Source: an uncultured Nitrososphaerota archaeon
GTDB taxonomy: Archaea > Korarchaeota > Korarchaeia > Korarchaeales > Korarchaeaceae
Assembly (NCBI GenBank): GCA_964594835.1
Contig: CAZQNA010000001.1
Coordinates: forward strand, 96,001-160,000
Direction: 5' to 3'
DNA: 64,000 bases
Of the stretch, positions 1-9,178 are shown in pieces; position 1 is the stretch's first letter; each line of letters begins with the position of its first letter. The notes under the pieces were generated by a model. That model saw nothing but the letters and a program-made list of their open reading frames with translations. It was not told the origin of the DNA and made no database searches. Made by a program: the position numbers and the translations under genes.

Positions 1-1763
1 AACCCCCTGGCCACCAGCCTGCCGCCGACCAGGTGCGCGTACTTCTTCTTAGTCAGGTAGAGCCCCCGCTCGGCCACGTACTGGAGCTCGATCGTCAGCG
101 GGACCTGCTCGTTCAGCCAGTCTGGCAGGCTGGAGTACTCGTCCAACTCGCCGCCCGTGACCTGGACGCCGTCGGTGTCTACGTAGATCACCTCCAGCCC
201 CCTCCCCTGGAGCATGTCCACGACCCTCTTGATGTACTGCCTCCCCAGCGCTGCGGTCAGCGCCGCGGCGTGGACGTTCCTCAGGGAGGCTCCCTCCCAC
301 CCCATGTACCCGTACATGGCGTTCGTGACCACCTTGATGGCCTTCTGAATCGCGTCCAGCCTCCTCCTCTCGGCGGCCTCCGGGGGGAGCTTCTCCATCT
401 CCCTCCTAACCCGGGCCCTCCTCTCCATCAGGTCGGAGGCGATCTCTGCGAACAGCCCACGGCGGTCTGAGCAAACCCGCTTGACGACGCCCTCGGCCGA
501 GACCTCCTGGACCGCGCAGAATCCCTCCCTGGGCTCGACGGTCTCGGGGCTGATGTTGTGGAGTATCATGATGCTGGGGTACATGCTCTTGAAGTCGAGG
601 TAGGCTACGTTCTCGTATATCCCCGGGGACTTGAGCCAAACGTACCCGCCCAGGAACCTTCTCTCCTCCTTCCTCTGCGGGGGGATCACCCACCCCCGCC
701 TCTTCCCGTGGACCGTGACGAGAGACTCAACGAGACCACCCACCGGGGTCCTCGTGACCTCCTGGAGGGGCCTGTACGTGAGCTTCGCCAGCTCGACTTG
801 ATGGGGAAGGAGCTTTTCCGCCAGACTCTTCACGGTCACGACCTTCTCCCTCAGGTAGGAGAGGAGCCCGTCCCTGTCTGACTTCCACCTCTCGGCTATC
901 CTGAACTTGGGGACCGGCCTGGGCCTCGGGACCCCCAGCTCGTCCGCCAACTCGTACCAGGACTTGGTGGGCAGCCCGGGAAAGTCGCGCCACGCTATGG
1001 AGAACATGTCGACGTTGGCCCTGCCTGGAATCCTCTGCTCCACGAGTATCAAGCCGCGAAAGAACCTGCCGGTCTCCTCGATGCTCCCGTCCCCCCTGCC
1101 GAGATTGAGTTTGATCCCGTGCAGCTCCGCCCTGGCCTTCATGTGCTGAAGTTCGTCCGCGTCCTGCCCGAACCCCACTATCACGTCGGGATCCTCCCTC
1201 TGGACGACCTCGACGAACTCTCTCAGCACCGTGGAGTCGTCCTCGGAGGATATCACCTCAACCTGACCGTCGTCTATCGAGATCCCGAGGGCCAGGACCG
1301 GGCTCCTCCCCTGCACGGGAAAGCCGTCCTCGCTGTATATCAGCCCAGAGAAGTAGAGGGTCTTCAGGTCGTCCAGGTACCCCTCGCCCACGGGGCTCAG
1401 GGAGCCATCCTCAACGGCGACCCTGGAGAAGGGCCTCAGGTCCGAGTCGAACAGGAACCTCTGCCAGGTCGGGATGGAGTACTCCCACGTCTCGGGGGCG
1501 AGCCTGGCCAGCCGCCTGAGATCCTCCTCATCCCTCCCCACCACCTTCAGAAACTCTCTCTCAGACCACGGATCCAATCCGACGGTCTCTTCAACCCTCA
1601 GCGACTTCTCCCTCAGCTTTGCCTCCGCATCTCGATTCAGGAGGTCCCTGGGAACGTAGAAGTAAGGGTGAAACTCTAACTCGATGCTCCGGCCCCCTCC
1701 GAGCCACAGCGTCACTCCCCTCTGAGTCTCCTCTATATGGTAGAACACCCCCTCCCCCGGCAT
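1..1763 (-). CDS. polB: Family B DNA polymerase (PolB3-like), 3' end runs off the window; exonuclease motifs degenerate
   Basis: Missing from the ORF track; translated manually from ATG 1763: MPGEGVFYHIEE..FHPYFYV, motif A DFKSMYPSIM, motif B KAIKVVTNAMYGY, motif C YVDTDG, then TKKKYA. Confidence 0.93.
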   Translation of the reverse strand, partial: MPGEGVFYHIEETQRGVTLWLGGGRSIELEFHPYFYVPRDLLNRDAEAKLREKSLRVEETVGLDPWSEREFLKVVGRDEEDLRRLARLAPETWEYSIPTWQRFLFDSDLRPFSRVAVEDGSLSPVGEGYLDDLKTLYFSGLIYSEDGFPVQGRSPVLALGISIDDGQVEVISSEDDSTVLREFVEVVQREDPDVIVGFGQDADELQHMKARAELHGIKLNLGRGDGSIEETGRFFRGLILVEQRIPGRANVDMFSIAWRDFPGLPTKSWYELADELGVPRPRPVPKFRIAERWKSDRDGLLSYLREKVVTVKSLAEKLLPHQVELAKLTYRPLQEVTRTPVGGLVESLVTVHGKRRGWVIPPQRKEERRFLGGYVWLKSPGIYENVAYLDFKSMYPSIMILHNISPETVEPREGFCAVQEVSAEGVVKRVCSDRRGLFAEIASDLMERRARVRREMEKLPPEAAERRRLDAIQKAIKVVTNAMYGYMGWEGASLRNVHAAALTAALGRQYIKRVVDMLQGRGLEVIYVDTDGVQVTGGELDEYSSLPDWLNEQVPLTIELQYVAERGLYLTKKKYAHLVGGRLVARG

Positions 1764-1820
1764 GCCGAGGCTGAGGGGGATCCCTTTCTGTTAACCGTTC
1801 CGGGCCTCGTCGAGAGGGCC

Positions 1821-3059
1821 TCAGGACCTCGCGAGCCCCGCCACGTACTTCGAGATGCGCTCCACGCCCTCCCTTATCTTCTCGGGCTCCTCGACGGCCG
1901 GCGCGAAGGAGAGCCTCACCCACCCCTCCATGCCGAAGTCGACCCCTGGGGCCAGCGCCACCTGCCACTGGTTCAGGAGGCCCTGGACGAATCTCCTGGA
2001 GCTGGGTTCAACCCGCTCGACGTTGAAGAACACGTAGAACCCACCTTCCGGTGGTAGAACGCTGAGCCCCTCGATCTGGGACATCAGATCGGTCGTCATC
2101 CTCGCCACCTCGCCGTAGACCCGGGGGGTCTCCTCCAGCATGTACTTCCTCAGCCACTCCCTCACCCCGGGCCTCGACATCATCCTGACGAAGGCCCTCT
2201 GTGGGATCCTAGTGGGTGCGAGGGTCCGAGCCTGCTGAACGGTCTCGGCGGCCCTGATTAAGTCCGGATCGGCGTACAGGTATGCGAGCCTCCAACCGGG
2301 GGCCCTGAGCTCCTTCGACATGGAGGCCAGCCAGATCTCCCTCTCCCTCCTGGGTCTAGAGTAGTAGCCCGGCATCCCCGAGTAGTGGAACATGCGGTAG
2401 GCCACGTCCAGCAGGACCCAGAAGCCCCTCTCCTCGGCCAGGTCGGAGATGGCCGAGATCAACTCGTCTGAAAATACCTGTCCGTCGGGATTTCCGGGCG
2501 TCACGAGGATCAGCATCCTCGTGTCGGGCGTTATCAGCTCCTGTAGCTCGTCCACGCTCGGCTCGAACCTCCCGTCCCTTATGATGTCCCAGTACTTCAG
2601 CCTCACCCCGAGCATAGTCTCGACGAGCAGCTGTCGCTGGTAGTTGAGGTAGCACGGCCTCGTCATTATGACCTCGCTTCCCCTGTCCAGCGTAGCCAGG
2701 AACAGGCCACCCGCCAAGTCCGTGCTCCCGAGACCCGTGATCACCTCGTCCCTGGGGATCCGCCGCCCGAAGATCGCCTCCTCGTACTCGACCACCGAGT
2801 CGATGAAGTCGGGATCTCCCCTCGTCGGGGGGTACCTGGCGCTGAGTCTTATCTCCCTCTCATCCTCCCAGAGTTCTCTCATGGCCTCTACGAGCGGCCC
2901 CGGCGGAGGGTCCTGGGGCCACCCTCCCCCCAGGTAGACCAGCGGGCGGGGATACTTCTCTGGATTGCGTTCGTAGTCCGCAACGAGGCTCATTATCTCC
3001 CGTATCGAGCTGGGATTCTCAATCGCATATCTCGCGGTCTCAGAGACGCCCACCGGCAT
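1821..3059 (-). CDS. PLP-dependent aminotransferase, class I/II
   Basis: TPGNPDG, LLDVAY, SMSKELRAPGWRLAY (PLP lysine), LAPGVDFG, VRLSF. Confidence 0.9.
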   Translation of the reverse strand: MPVGVSETARYAIENPSSIREIMSLVADYERNPEKYPRPLVYLGGGWPQDPPPGPLVEAMRELWEDEREIRLSARYPPTRGDPDFIDSVVEYEEAIFGRRIPRDEVITGLGSTDLAGGLFLATLDRGSEVIMTRPCYLNYQRQLLVETMLGVRLKYWDIIRDGRFEPSVDELQELITPDTRMLILVTPGNPDGQVFSDELISAISDLAEERGFWVLLDVAYRMFHYSGMPGYYSRPRREREIWLASMSKELRAPGWRLAYLYADPDLIRAAETVQQARTLAPTRIPQRAFVRMMSRPGVREWLRKYMLEETPRVYGEVARMTTDLMSQIEGLSVLPPEGGFYVFFNVERVEPSSRRFVQGLLNQWQVALAPGVDFGMEGWVRLSFAPAVEEPEKIREGVERISKYVAGLARS

Positions 3060-3133
3060 GGAACAGACCCGTGGGACGGGGCCTCTGGATTCCGTAAAAA
3101 GTCAGCATGCTATGGAGGGCCACGCCATGAAGA

Positions 3134-3263
3134 GGGGGGCTTAGCAGCTCCTGCGTTTCCCGGGCCCTTACGGAGCCCAGTACTCCGCAGGACGTGGCCG
3201 GGCTTAACTTCCGGGTTCGGAACGAGTCCGGGTGTGTCCCCGGCCACTATGGCCGCTCGCCCC
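3134..3263 (-). rRNA. rrf: 5S rRNA (stand-alone)
   Basis: Reverse complement reads GGCCATAG..ACACCCGGACTCGTTCCGAACCCGGAAGTTAAGCCC..GGAGTACTGGG..GGGAAAC..GCTGC, the archaeal 5S consensus; ends approximate. Confidence 0.96.
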
Positions 3264-3282
3264 AACCGTCGGCCCCTTCCTG

Positions 3283-3292
3283 AATTTTAAAT
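3283..3292. promoter_or_regulatory. TATA-like box between divergent 5S rRNA and ileS
   Basis: AATTTTAAAT island about 25 nt upstream of the 5S 5' end in GC-rich DNA. Confidence 0.6.
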
Positions 3293-3331
3293 CTTCCGAG
3301 CGCCTCCGCCCGGCCCGGGACTCACCGAGAG

Positions 3332-6319
3332 GTGTCGAATTTGGCCAGGATGGGTAGGCTAAGCAAGAGCTACAACCCCAGAGACGTTGAAGAGAGGGTT
3401 CTCAGGCTGTGGGATGAGCTGGACGTCTACGGCGAACTCAGGCGCAGGCTGAGGGGAGGGCCGAAGTTCTACTTCCTCGACGGCCCGCCCTACCCCTCCT
3501 CCGGGGAGCCGCACCCCGGGACCGTCTGGAACAAGGTCCTCAAGGACGCCTTCATACGGTACGCCCGGTCCAAGGGACACGACGTCAACGACCGGGCGGG
3601 TTGGGACTGCCACGGCCTCCCCATCGAGGTGAAGACTGAGCAGGAACTCGGATTCAAGACGAAGAGGGACGTCGAGAGATTTGGGATCGGGAACTTCGTC
3701 CACAGATGCAGGTCTTTCGCCGAGAGAAACATTGAGGAGATGACCCGCCACTTCAAGAACTTCGGTGCCTCCCTGGACTGGGGCGGCGCCTACCGCACCA
3801 TGGAGGACTACTACATCGAGAGCGCGTGGTGGGGGATAAAGAGGATATGGGAGCAGGGGAGGCTGAAGAGGGGCGTCCAGGTAGTTCACTGGTGCCCCAG
3901 ATGTGAGACCGTCCTCGCGGACTACGAGGTGAGCGAGTACAGGGACCTCCGAGACCCCTCCATATTCGTGAAGTTCCCCCTCAAGGACAGGCCAGGCGAG
4001 AGCCTCCTGATCTGGACGACGACCCCCTGGACCCTCTCGGCCAACGTGGCAGTCATGGTGCACCCGGACGAGACCTACGTCAGGGTGAGGGTCGGCGGCG
4101 AGGTGCTCACGCTCATGGAGGCCAGGCTGGAGGCGGTGGCCTCGGAGCTGGGCTGGGAGGACTACGAGGTGATAGAGAGGTTCCCAGGCTCCGAGCTGGA
4201 GGGCCTGTCCTACGATCATCCCCTCAGGGAGATGGTCCCCGCCCTGAAGAACCTGGAGAGGGGGCACGTGGTCATCCTCAGCTCGAAGTACGTCTCGACG
4301 GAGGAGGGGACCGGGTGCGTCCACGCCGCCCCCGGCCACGGCCAGGAGGACTACGAGGAGGTCCACCTGAACAGGGGGCTCCCGATCCTGTCCCCGGTGA
4401 ATGACTCGGGCAGGTTCACCGAGGAGGCCGGCCCCTACGCGGGCATTCCCGTTCGGGATGCGAATCCGAAGATAATCGAGGATCTGAGGGAGCTCGGGGC
4501 CCTCGCAGGCGCGGGCTACATAGTCCACAGGTACCCTGTGTGCTGGAGGTGCAAGACGCCCCTTATAATCAGGGCCACGGAGCAGTGGTTCGTCCACCTC
4601 TCCGACCTGAAGGAGCGCCTCATCGAGGAGATGGAGGCGGTCAAGTGGTCCCCAGGCTGGGCCAGGGACAGGTTCAGGAACTGGCTCGAGGAGCTGAGGG
4701 ACTGGGTCATCAGCCGGCAGAGGTTCTGGGGAACCCCCCTACCCATCTGGCAGTGTGAGAGCTGCGGTCACACGGTAGTCGTCGGCTCGGCCGACGAGCT
4801 GGAGGAGCTGGCTGGAAGGAGGCCTGAGGAGCTGCACAGGCCCTGGGTGGACGAGATCACCTTCTCCTGCCCCAAGTGCGGCGGCACCATGCGCAGGGTC
4901 CCCGACATAGTTGACGTTTGGTACGACTCCGGCGTGTCCTTCTTCGCCAGCCTCGGGTATCCCAAGAGCGGGAAGGAGTTCGAGAGGCTATTCCCGGTGG
5001 ATTTCATCACCGAGGGCCACGACCAGACGAGGGGGTGGTTCTTCTCGCTTCTCAGGCTGGGGGTGCTCCTCTTCGGAAGGGCGCCCTACCGATCCGTCCT
5101 GATGCACGGCTTCATGCTGGACGAGAGAGGCCAGGAGATGCACAAGTCCCTGGGCAACTTCGAGCCGCCCGAAAAGATAGTGGCGGGGGCCGGGAGGGAC
5201 GCGTTCAGGCTCTTCGTCATGACTCGGACGCAGTGGAGCGACATCAAGTTCGTGTGGAAGGACCTGAAGAACATGGTCAGGACCCTGAACACGATATGGA
5301 ACATCCACACGTTCGCCTCCACCTACCTGGCCGACATGGAGCTTGACGAGGGCTACGCGCAGGCCCACCTTTCGGAGCTGCCGGCCGTCGACCGGTGGGT
5401 CCTCTCTCGGGCCGCCTCGGTTAGGGACACGGTTTCCCGGGCCATGGACAATCTGTCGCCGCACGAGGCGGCCTCGGCGGTGCTCGAGTTCTACGTGGAG
5501 GACCTCAGCCACCTGTACCTCCACGCGGTGAGGGCCGCGCTCAGGGGAGGGGGCGGGGACGGCCGCGTTAGGGCCAACGTGCTCTTCACGGTTCTCCGCT
5601 ACGTGCTCCCCATGCTTGGGCTGTTTGCGCCGTTCATCGCGGAAGAGATCTATCAGGAGTCCCTGAGGCAGGAGGGCGAGCCTGTGAGCGTCAACATGCT
5701 CCCGTTCCCACCGGAGAGGTCGGACTGGAAGGATCCCGAGCTTGAGAGCGAGATGGAGACCGCCAGGGCGATCATCAAGGCTGGCCTGCAGGCGAGGGCC
5801 AACGCGGGGCTGAAGAGGAGGGCGCCCCTGCGGGAGCTCGTGGTGGTCACCGCTGACGACGGGGTTCAGAGGGCGGCGAGGGATTTCTCTGACGTCCTTC
5901 GGCTGGAGCTCAACGTGAAGGGCGTGAGGGTCTCCGCAGAGCCTCCGTCGGAGGGGGAGTGGACCTCCGTGGAGTTCGAGGGCGGGGAGGTGTACCTCCC
6001 GGCAAAGCTCACGGAGGAGGACATGCTCGAGTGGATCTACCGCGAGGTCCTCAGGAGGGTTCAGCAGACGAGGAAGGAGATGGGGCTCACCGTCGGGAAG
6101 GAGGTGGTCAGGGTGTTCCTGTGGAGCGACAGCGACCTCGTCCTCAGAGCCACGGAGACCTACGCCGAGAGCCTGAAGAGGGAGAGCGGCGCCCTAGAGT
6201 TCGTCAAATTGACCGCCAAGGATGAGGCGCCGGCCGAGGCTCACGGGCGGGTATGGGACGTGGACGGAATGGAGGTCGGGATCTGGGTGATGAAGGTTGA
6301 AGGTCGGGGGATGGGTTAG
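3332..6319 (+). CDS. ileS: Isoleucine--tRNA ligase
   Basis: FLDGPPY, HPGT (HIGH), GWDCHGLPIE, WTTTPWTL editing motif, DWVISRQRFWGTP, EGHDQTRGWF, EMHKS (KMSKS). Confidence 0.97.
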   Translation: MSNLARMGRLSKSYNPRDVEERVLRLWDELDVYGELRRRLRGGPKFYFLDGPPYPSSGEPHPGTVWNKVLKDAFIRYARSKGHDVNDRAGWDCHGLPIEVKTEQELGFKTKRDVERFGIGNFVHRCRSFAERNIEEMTRHFKNFGASLDWGGAYRTMEDYYIESAWWGIKRIWEQGRLKRGVQVVHWCPRCETVLADYEVSEYRDLRDPSIFVKFPLKDRPGESLLIWTTTPWTLSANVAVMVHPDETYVRVRVGGEVLTLMEARLEAVASELGWEDYEVIERFPGSELEGLSYDHPLREMVPALKNLERGHVVILSSKYVSTEEGTGCVHAAPGHGQEDYEEVHLNRGLPILSPVNDSGRFTEEAGPYAGIPVRDANPKIIEDLRELGALAGAGYIVHRYPVCWRCKTPLIIRATEQWFVHLSDLKERLIEEMEAVKWSPGWARDRFRNWLEELRDWVISRQRFWGTPLPIWQCESCGHTVVVGSADELEELAGRRPEELHRPWVDEITFSCPKCGGTMRRVPDIVDVWYDSGVSFFASLGYPKSGKEFERLFPVDFITEGHDQTRGWFFSLLRLGVLLFGRAPYRSVLMHGFMLDERGQEMHKSLGNFEPPEKIVAGAGRDAFRLFVMTRTQWSDIKFVWKDLKNMVRTLNTIWNIHTFASTYLADMELDEGYAQAHLSELPAVDRWVLSRAASVRDTVSRAMDNLSPHEAASAVLEFYVEDLSHLYLHAVRAALRGGGGDGRVRANVLFTVLRYVLPMLGLFAPFIAEEIYQESLRQEGEPVSVNMLPFPPERSDWKDPELESEMETARAIIKAGLQARANAGLKRRAPLRELVVVTADDGVQRAARDFSDVLRLELNVKGVRVSAEPPSEGEWTSVEFEGGEVYLPAKLTEEDMLEWIYREVLRRVQQTRKEMGLTVGKEVVRVFLWSDSDLVLRATETYAESLKRESGALEFVKLTAKDEAPAEAHGRVWDVDGMEVGIWVMKVEGRGMG

Positions 6320-7559
6320 CGAGGTAAGGGACGTCGGCAGGCACCTCAGGTTCATAGTGCTCAGGACGTGGGACAGGAAGATCCAGCTGACCCTGAAGAG
6401 GGGGGTCACCCCGGACGACCTTTTTGACGTGACCGACGACCTGACCCAGGAGACCGTCCTGGTCGCGTACGGGGAGCCTGCGCCGGAGAAGAAGGCGAGG
6501 GCCGTGGACCTGGAGATAATCCCCGAGAGGATTGAGGTGTTGAGCAGGGCCGAGCCCAAGCTCCCGCTGGATCCCAACTGGAAGGTCCCCGCCCTGCTAC
6601 CAACGAGGCTCGATAACAGGCCTCTAGATCTTCGAAGACCTGAGGTCCAAGCCATATTCAAGATCACGGCATCCCTCATAAGGGGGATGATCGACTGGCT
6701 CGACGAGCACGGCTTCCTGATGGTCTTCACCCCCGCCATCATAGGGGGCGCGAGCGAGAGCGGAGCCGAGGTGTTCAGGGTAGACTACTTCGGGAGGGAG
6801 GCCTTTCTGAGGCAGGATCCACAGCTCCACAGGCAGCTGACCATACTGGGGGGATTTGAGAGGATATACGACCTTGGACCGAACTGGAGGGCCGAGCCGA
6901 GCCACACGACGCGTCACATAACGGAGTTCAGGTCTCTCGCCGTTGAGATGGCCTTCATCTCAGACGAGACCGATGTGATGAGGGTCGAGGAGCAGGTGGT
7001 CGTCTCGGGTATAAAGAGGGTCTTGGAGGAGAGGTCCAGGGAGCTCGAGCTGCTTGGAGTGGAGCTGGAGGCGCCGAAGACGCCCTTCCCCGAGCTCAGG
7101 TTCCCCGAGATCTACGACATACTGTCGCAGTACGGGAAGGAGATACCCTTTGGAAGCGATTATGACACAGAGTCGGAGGTCCTGCTGTGGAGATACGTCA
7201 GGGAGAAGCACGGCAGCGACTTCTTCTTCGTGAACAGGTTCCCCTTCGAGGCCAAGCCCTTCTACGTGATGAAGGCCGATCCCCCGTGGGCGAGGAGCGT
7301 GGACCTGCTGTACAGGGGGCTTGAGCTCAGCTCAGGCGGTCAGAGGGAGCACAGGTACGAGGTCCTCCTCGACCAGATCAGGGAGAAGGGGATGAGGGAG
7401 GACTCCATGGAGTGGTTCACCAAGTTCTTCCGCTACGGGGCCCCGCCCCACGGTGGGTTCGCCCTCGGCATCGAGCGCCTGGTGAAGCAGATGCTGAATC
7501 TGAGGAACGTGAGAGAGGCGTCACTGTTCCCGAGGGACCCTGACAGGGTCCTCCCGTGA
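6297..7559 (+). CDS. aspS: Aspartate--tRNA ligase, archaeal type, atypical active-site residues
   Basis: OB-fold GWV..VRD, RLDNRPLDLR, RAEPSHTTRH motif 2, ELSSGGQREH, PPHGGFALGIERL motif 3, LFPRDP. Confidence 0.88.
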   Translation: MKVGGWVSEVRDVGRHLRFIVLRTWDRKIQLTLKRGVTPDDLFDVTDDLTQETVLVAYGEPAPEKKARAVDLEIIPERIEVLSRAEPKLPLDPNWKVPALLPTRLDNRPLDLRRPEVQAIFKITASLIRGMIDWLDEHGFLMVFTPAIIGGASESGAEVFRVDYFGREAFLRQDPQLHRQLTILGGFERIYDLGPNWRAEPSHTTRHITEFRSLAVEMAFISDETDVMRVEEQVVVSGIKRVLEERSRELELLGVELEAPKTPFPELRFPEIYDILSQYGKEIPFGSDYDTESEVLLWRYVREKHGSDFFFVNRFPFEAKPFYVMKADPPWARSVDLLYRGLELSSGGQREHRYEVLLDQIREKGMREDSMEWFTKFFRYGAPPHGGFALGIERLVKQMLNLRNVREASLFPRDPDRVLP

Positions 7560-7580
7560 GTCGGGCCGGGCCCGACCGAC

Positions 7581-9158
7581 TCACTCCACTATCTCCCTCC
7601 CTATGGTCCTGTCCCTGAACACCTCCAGGACCATCCCCTCAACCCTTATGGGCTCGGTGCTCTTTGCGACCTCCACGGCGGCCTGGAGCTTGCTCTCGCT
7701 CTCCGCGAATATCTCTATCACGGCCTCCCCCGACTCGACCCTGTCCCCCCTCTTGGCGTAGATCCTCACCCCGGCGCCCTTGTCCCTCGGGGCCCCAGCG
7801 GCCCTCGCTATCCTCACGATGGCCCTGTTCGACACCGCCACAACGTAGCCGCTCATCTTCGCGGTCAGGACCGCCCTGTGATCGCCTACTGGCAGGTCCT
7901 CGGGCTTCACGTTGGGATCTCCGCCCTGCGCCTCGATTATCTCCCTCATCTTCTCGAAGGCCCTCCCGCTCTCCAGGACCTCCCTCGCCATCCTCTCCCC
8001 GTACCCAATGGGGGCGACTCCCCCCATCTCCAGGAGTATGCCGGCCAGGGAGAGAGACTTCTCGATTATGCTCCTGGACCCCTTCCCCCTGCTCATCAGT
8101 ATCTCGAGCGCCTCCTTAGCCTCGAGCGCCGGTCCGACGTACCTCCCGATGGGCTGTCCCCCGTAGGAGATCGCCACCTGCGTCAGTATGTTCAGCCTCT
8201 CTCCCAGCTCCACGAAGTTCCTCCCCATCCTCCTCGCATCCCTGAGGGACTCGACCTTGGCCTCGGGCCCGACCGGAATGTCCAGCACCATCCGCTTTAC
8301 TCCTGCCGCGAGCTTCTTTGACATTATTGATGCGTAGATCAGGCTCTCCGGATCCAGGGAGAGGGGGTACTCAACCTTCTCGATGAGTATCCCGTCTACC
8401 GGGGACAGGTTGGCGCTGGCCGCCCAGGCTATCACGCCCCCCACCCTCTTGGACAGCTCCACTATCTCCTCCGGCTTGAGGTCCACCGGGGCGAGGACCT
8501 CCATGGTGTCCACGGTTCCCGCAGGGCTCATTATGGCCCTGGTGCTGGTCTTGGGTATGACCAGCCCGGCCGCGGCAACTATTGGGACTATTAGGAGCGC
8601 GTCCTTGCTGTTCCCCGGGACCCCCCCAACGCTGTGCTTGTCCACGGTCAGGGTATCGCCGAAGTCCAGCATCGTGCCCACCTCCGCCATCGCCCTCGTC
8701 AGCGCCTCGACCTCGTCCATGTCGGCGCCGTGGAGCTGGAGGGCTGTCACGAAGGCGGCGAGCTCTACGTCGCTCAGGACCCCCTCGTAGACGTCTTTGA
8801 TGAGCAGCGAGACCTCCTGAGGGGACAGCCTGCCCTCTAAAACCTTCTTCCTCACCAGCCCGGCGGACTGGGGTGTCGGAACCACCTCGACGGAGACCTC
8901 CTCGCCATCCTCCAGGGGGAGCTTCTTCAGCACGTCCGCGAAGACCCCGACCTGGCCGGGTGGAGAGACGTCCTCGGAGGATGACACGCTCGCCAGGGCC
9001 ACGACTTGGCTGCCGTCGGAGCGAACGATCCTCACCCTGTCGTGCGGCGACATGCCAGCTCTCTCGGCGTCAGCCCTATTCAGAACGACTCTGAGCTCCC
9101 CGATCTCGACGGGAAGTCTCCTCACCTTGAGCGAGACCATGGAATCCAATCTCTCCAT
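7581..9158 (-). CDS. deoA: AMP phosphorylase (thymidine phosphorylase family)
   Basis: N-terminal extension typical of AMP phosphorylases, DKHSVGGVPGN, IPKTSTRAI, SIMSKK, GIG-like GRYVGPALEA; true start may be ATG 9140. Confidence 0.93.
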   Translation of the reverse strand: MERLDSMVSLKVRRLPVEIGELRVVLNRADAERAGMSPHDRVRIVRSDGSQVVALASVSSSEDVSPPGQVGVFADVLKKLPLEDGEEVSVEVVPTPQSAGLVRKKVLEGRLSPQEVSLLIKDVYEGVLSDVELAAFVTALQLHGADMDEVEALTRAMAEVGTMLDFGDTLTVDKHSVGGVPGNSKDALLIVPIVAAAGLVIPKTSTRAIMSPAGTVDTMEVLAPVDLKPEEIVELSKRVGGVIAWAASANLSPVDGILIEKVEYPLSLDPESLIYASIMSKKLAAGVKRMVLDIPVGPEAKVESLRDARRMGRNFVELGERLNILTQVAISYGGQPIGRYVGPALEAKEALEILMSRGKGSRSIIEKSLSLAGILLEMGGVAPIGYGERMAREVLESGRAFEKMREIIEAQGGDPNVKPEDLPVGDHRAVLTAKMSGYVVAVSNRAIVRIARAAGAPRDKGAGVRIYAKRGDRVESGEAVIEIFAESESKLQAAVEVAKSTEPIRVEGMVLEVFRDRTIGREIVE

Positions 9159-9167
9159 GTCCTCCGC

Positions 9168-9176
9168 TTTAAATTT
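9168..9176. promoter_or_regulatory. TATA-like box in divergent intergenic gap
   Basis: TTTAAATTT between AMP phosphorylase and the surface protein gene. Confidence 0.5.
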
Positions 9177-9178
9177 CT

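Noticed and set aside
33-1679. Short ORF-track entries across the polB region, and similar short overlapping ORFs elsewhere
   Set aside because: Shadow frames of real genes in high-GC DNA
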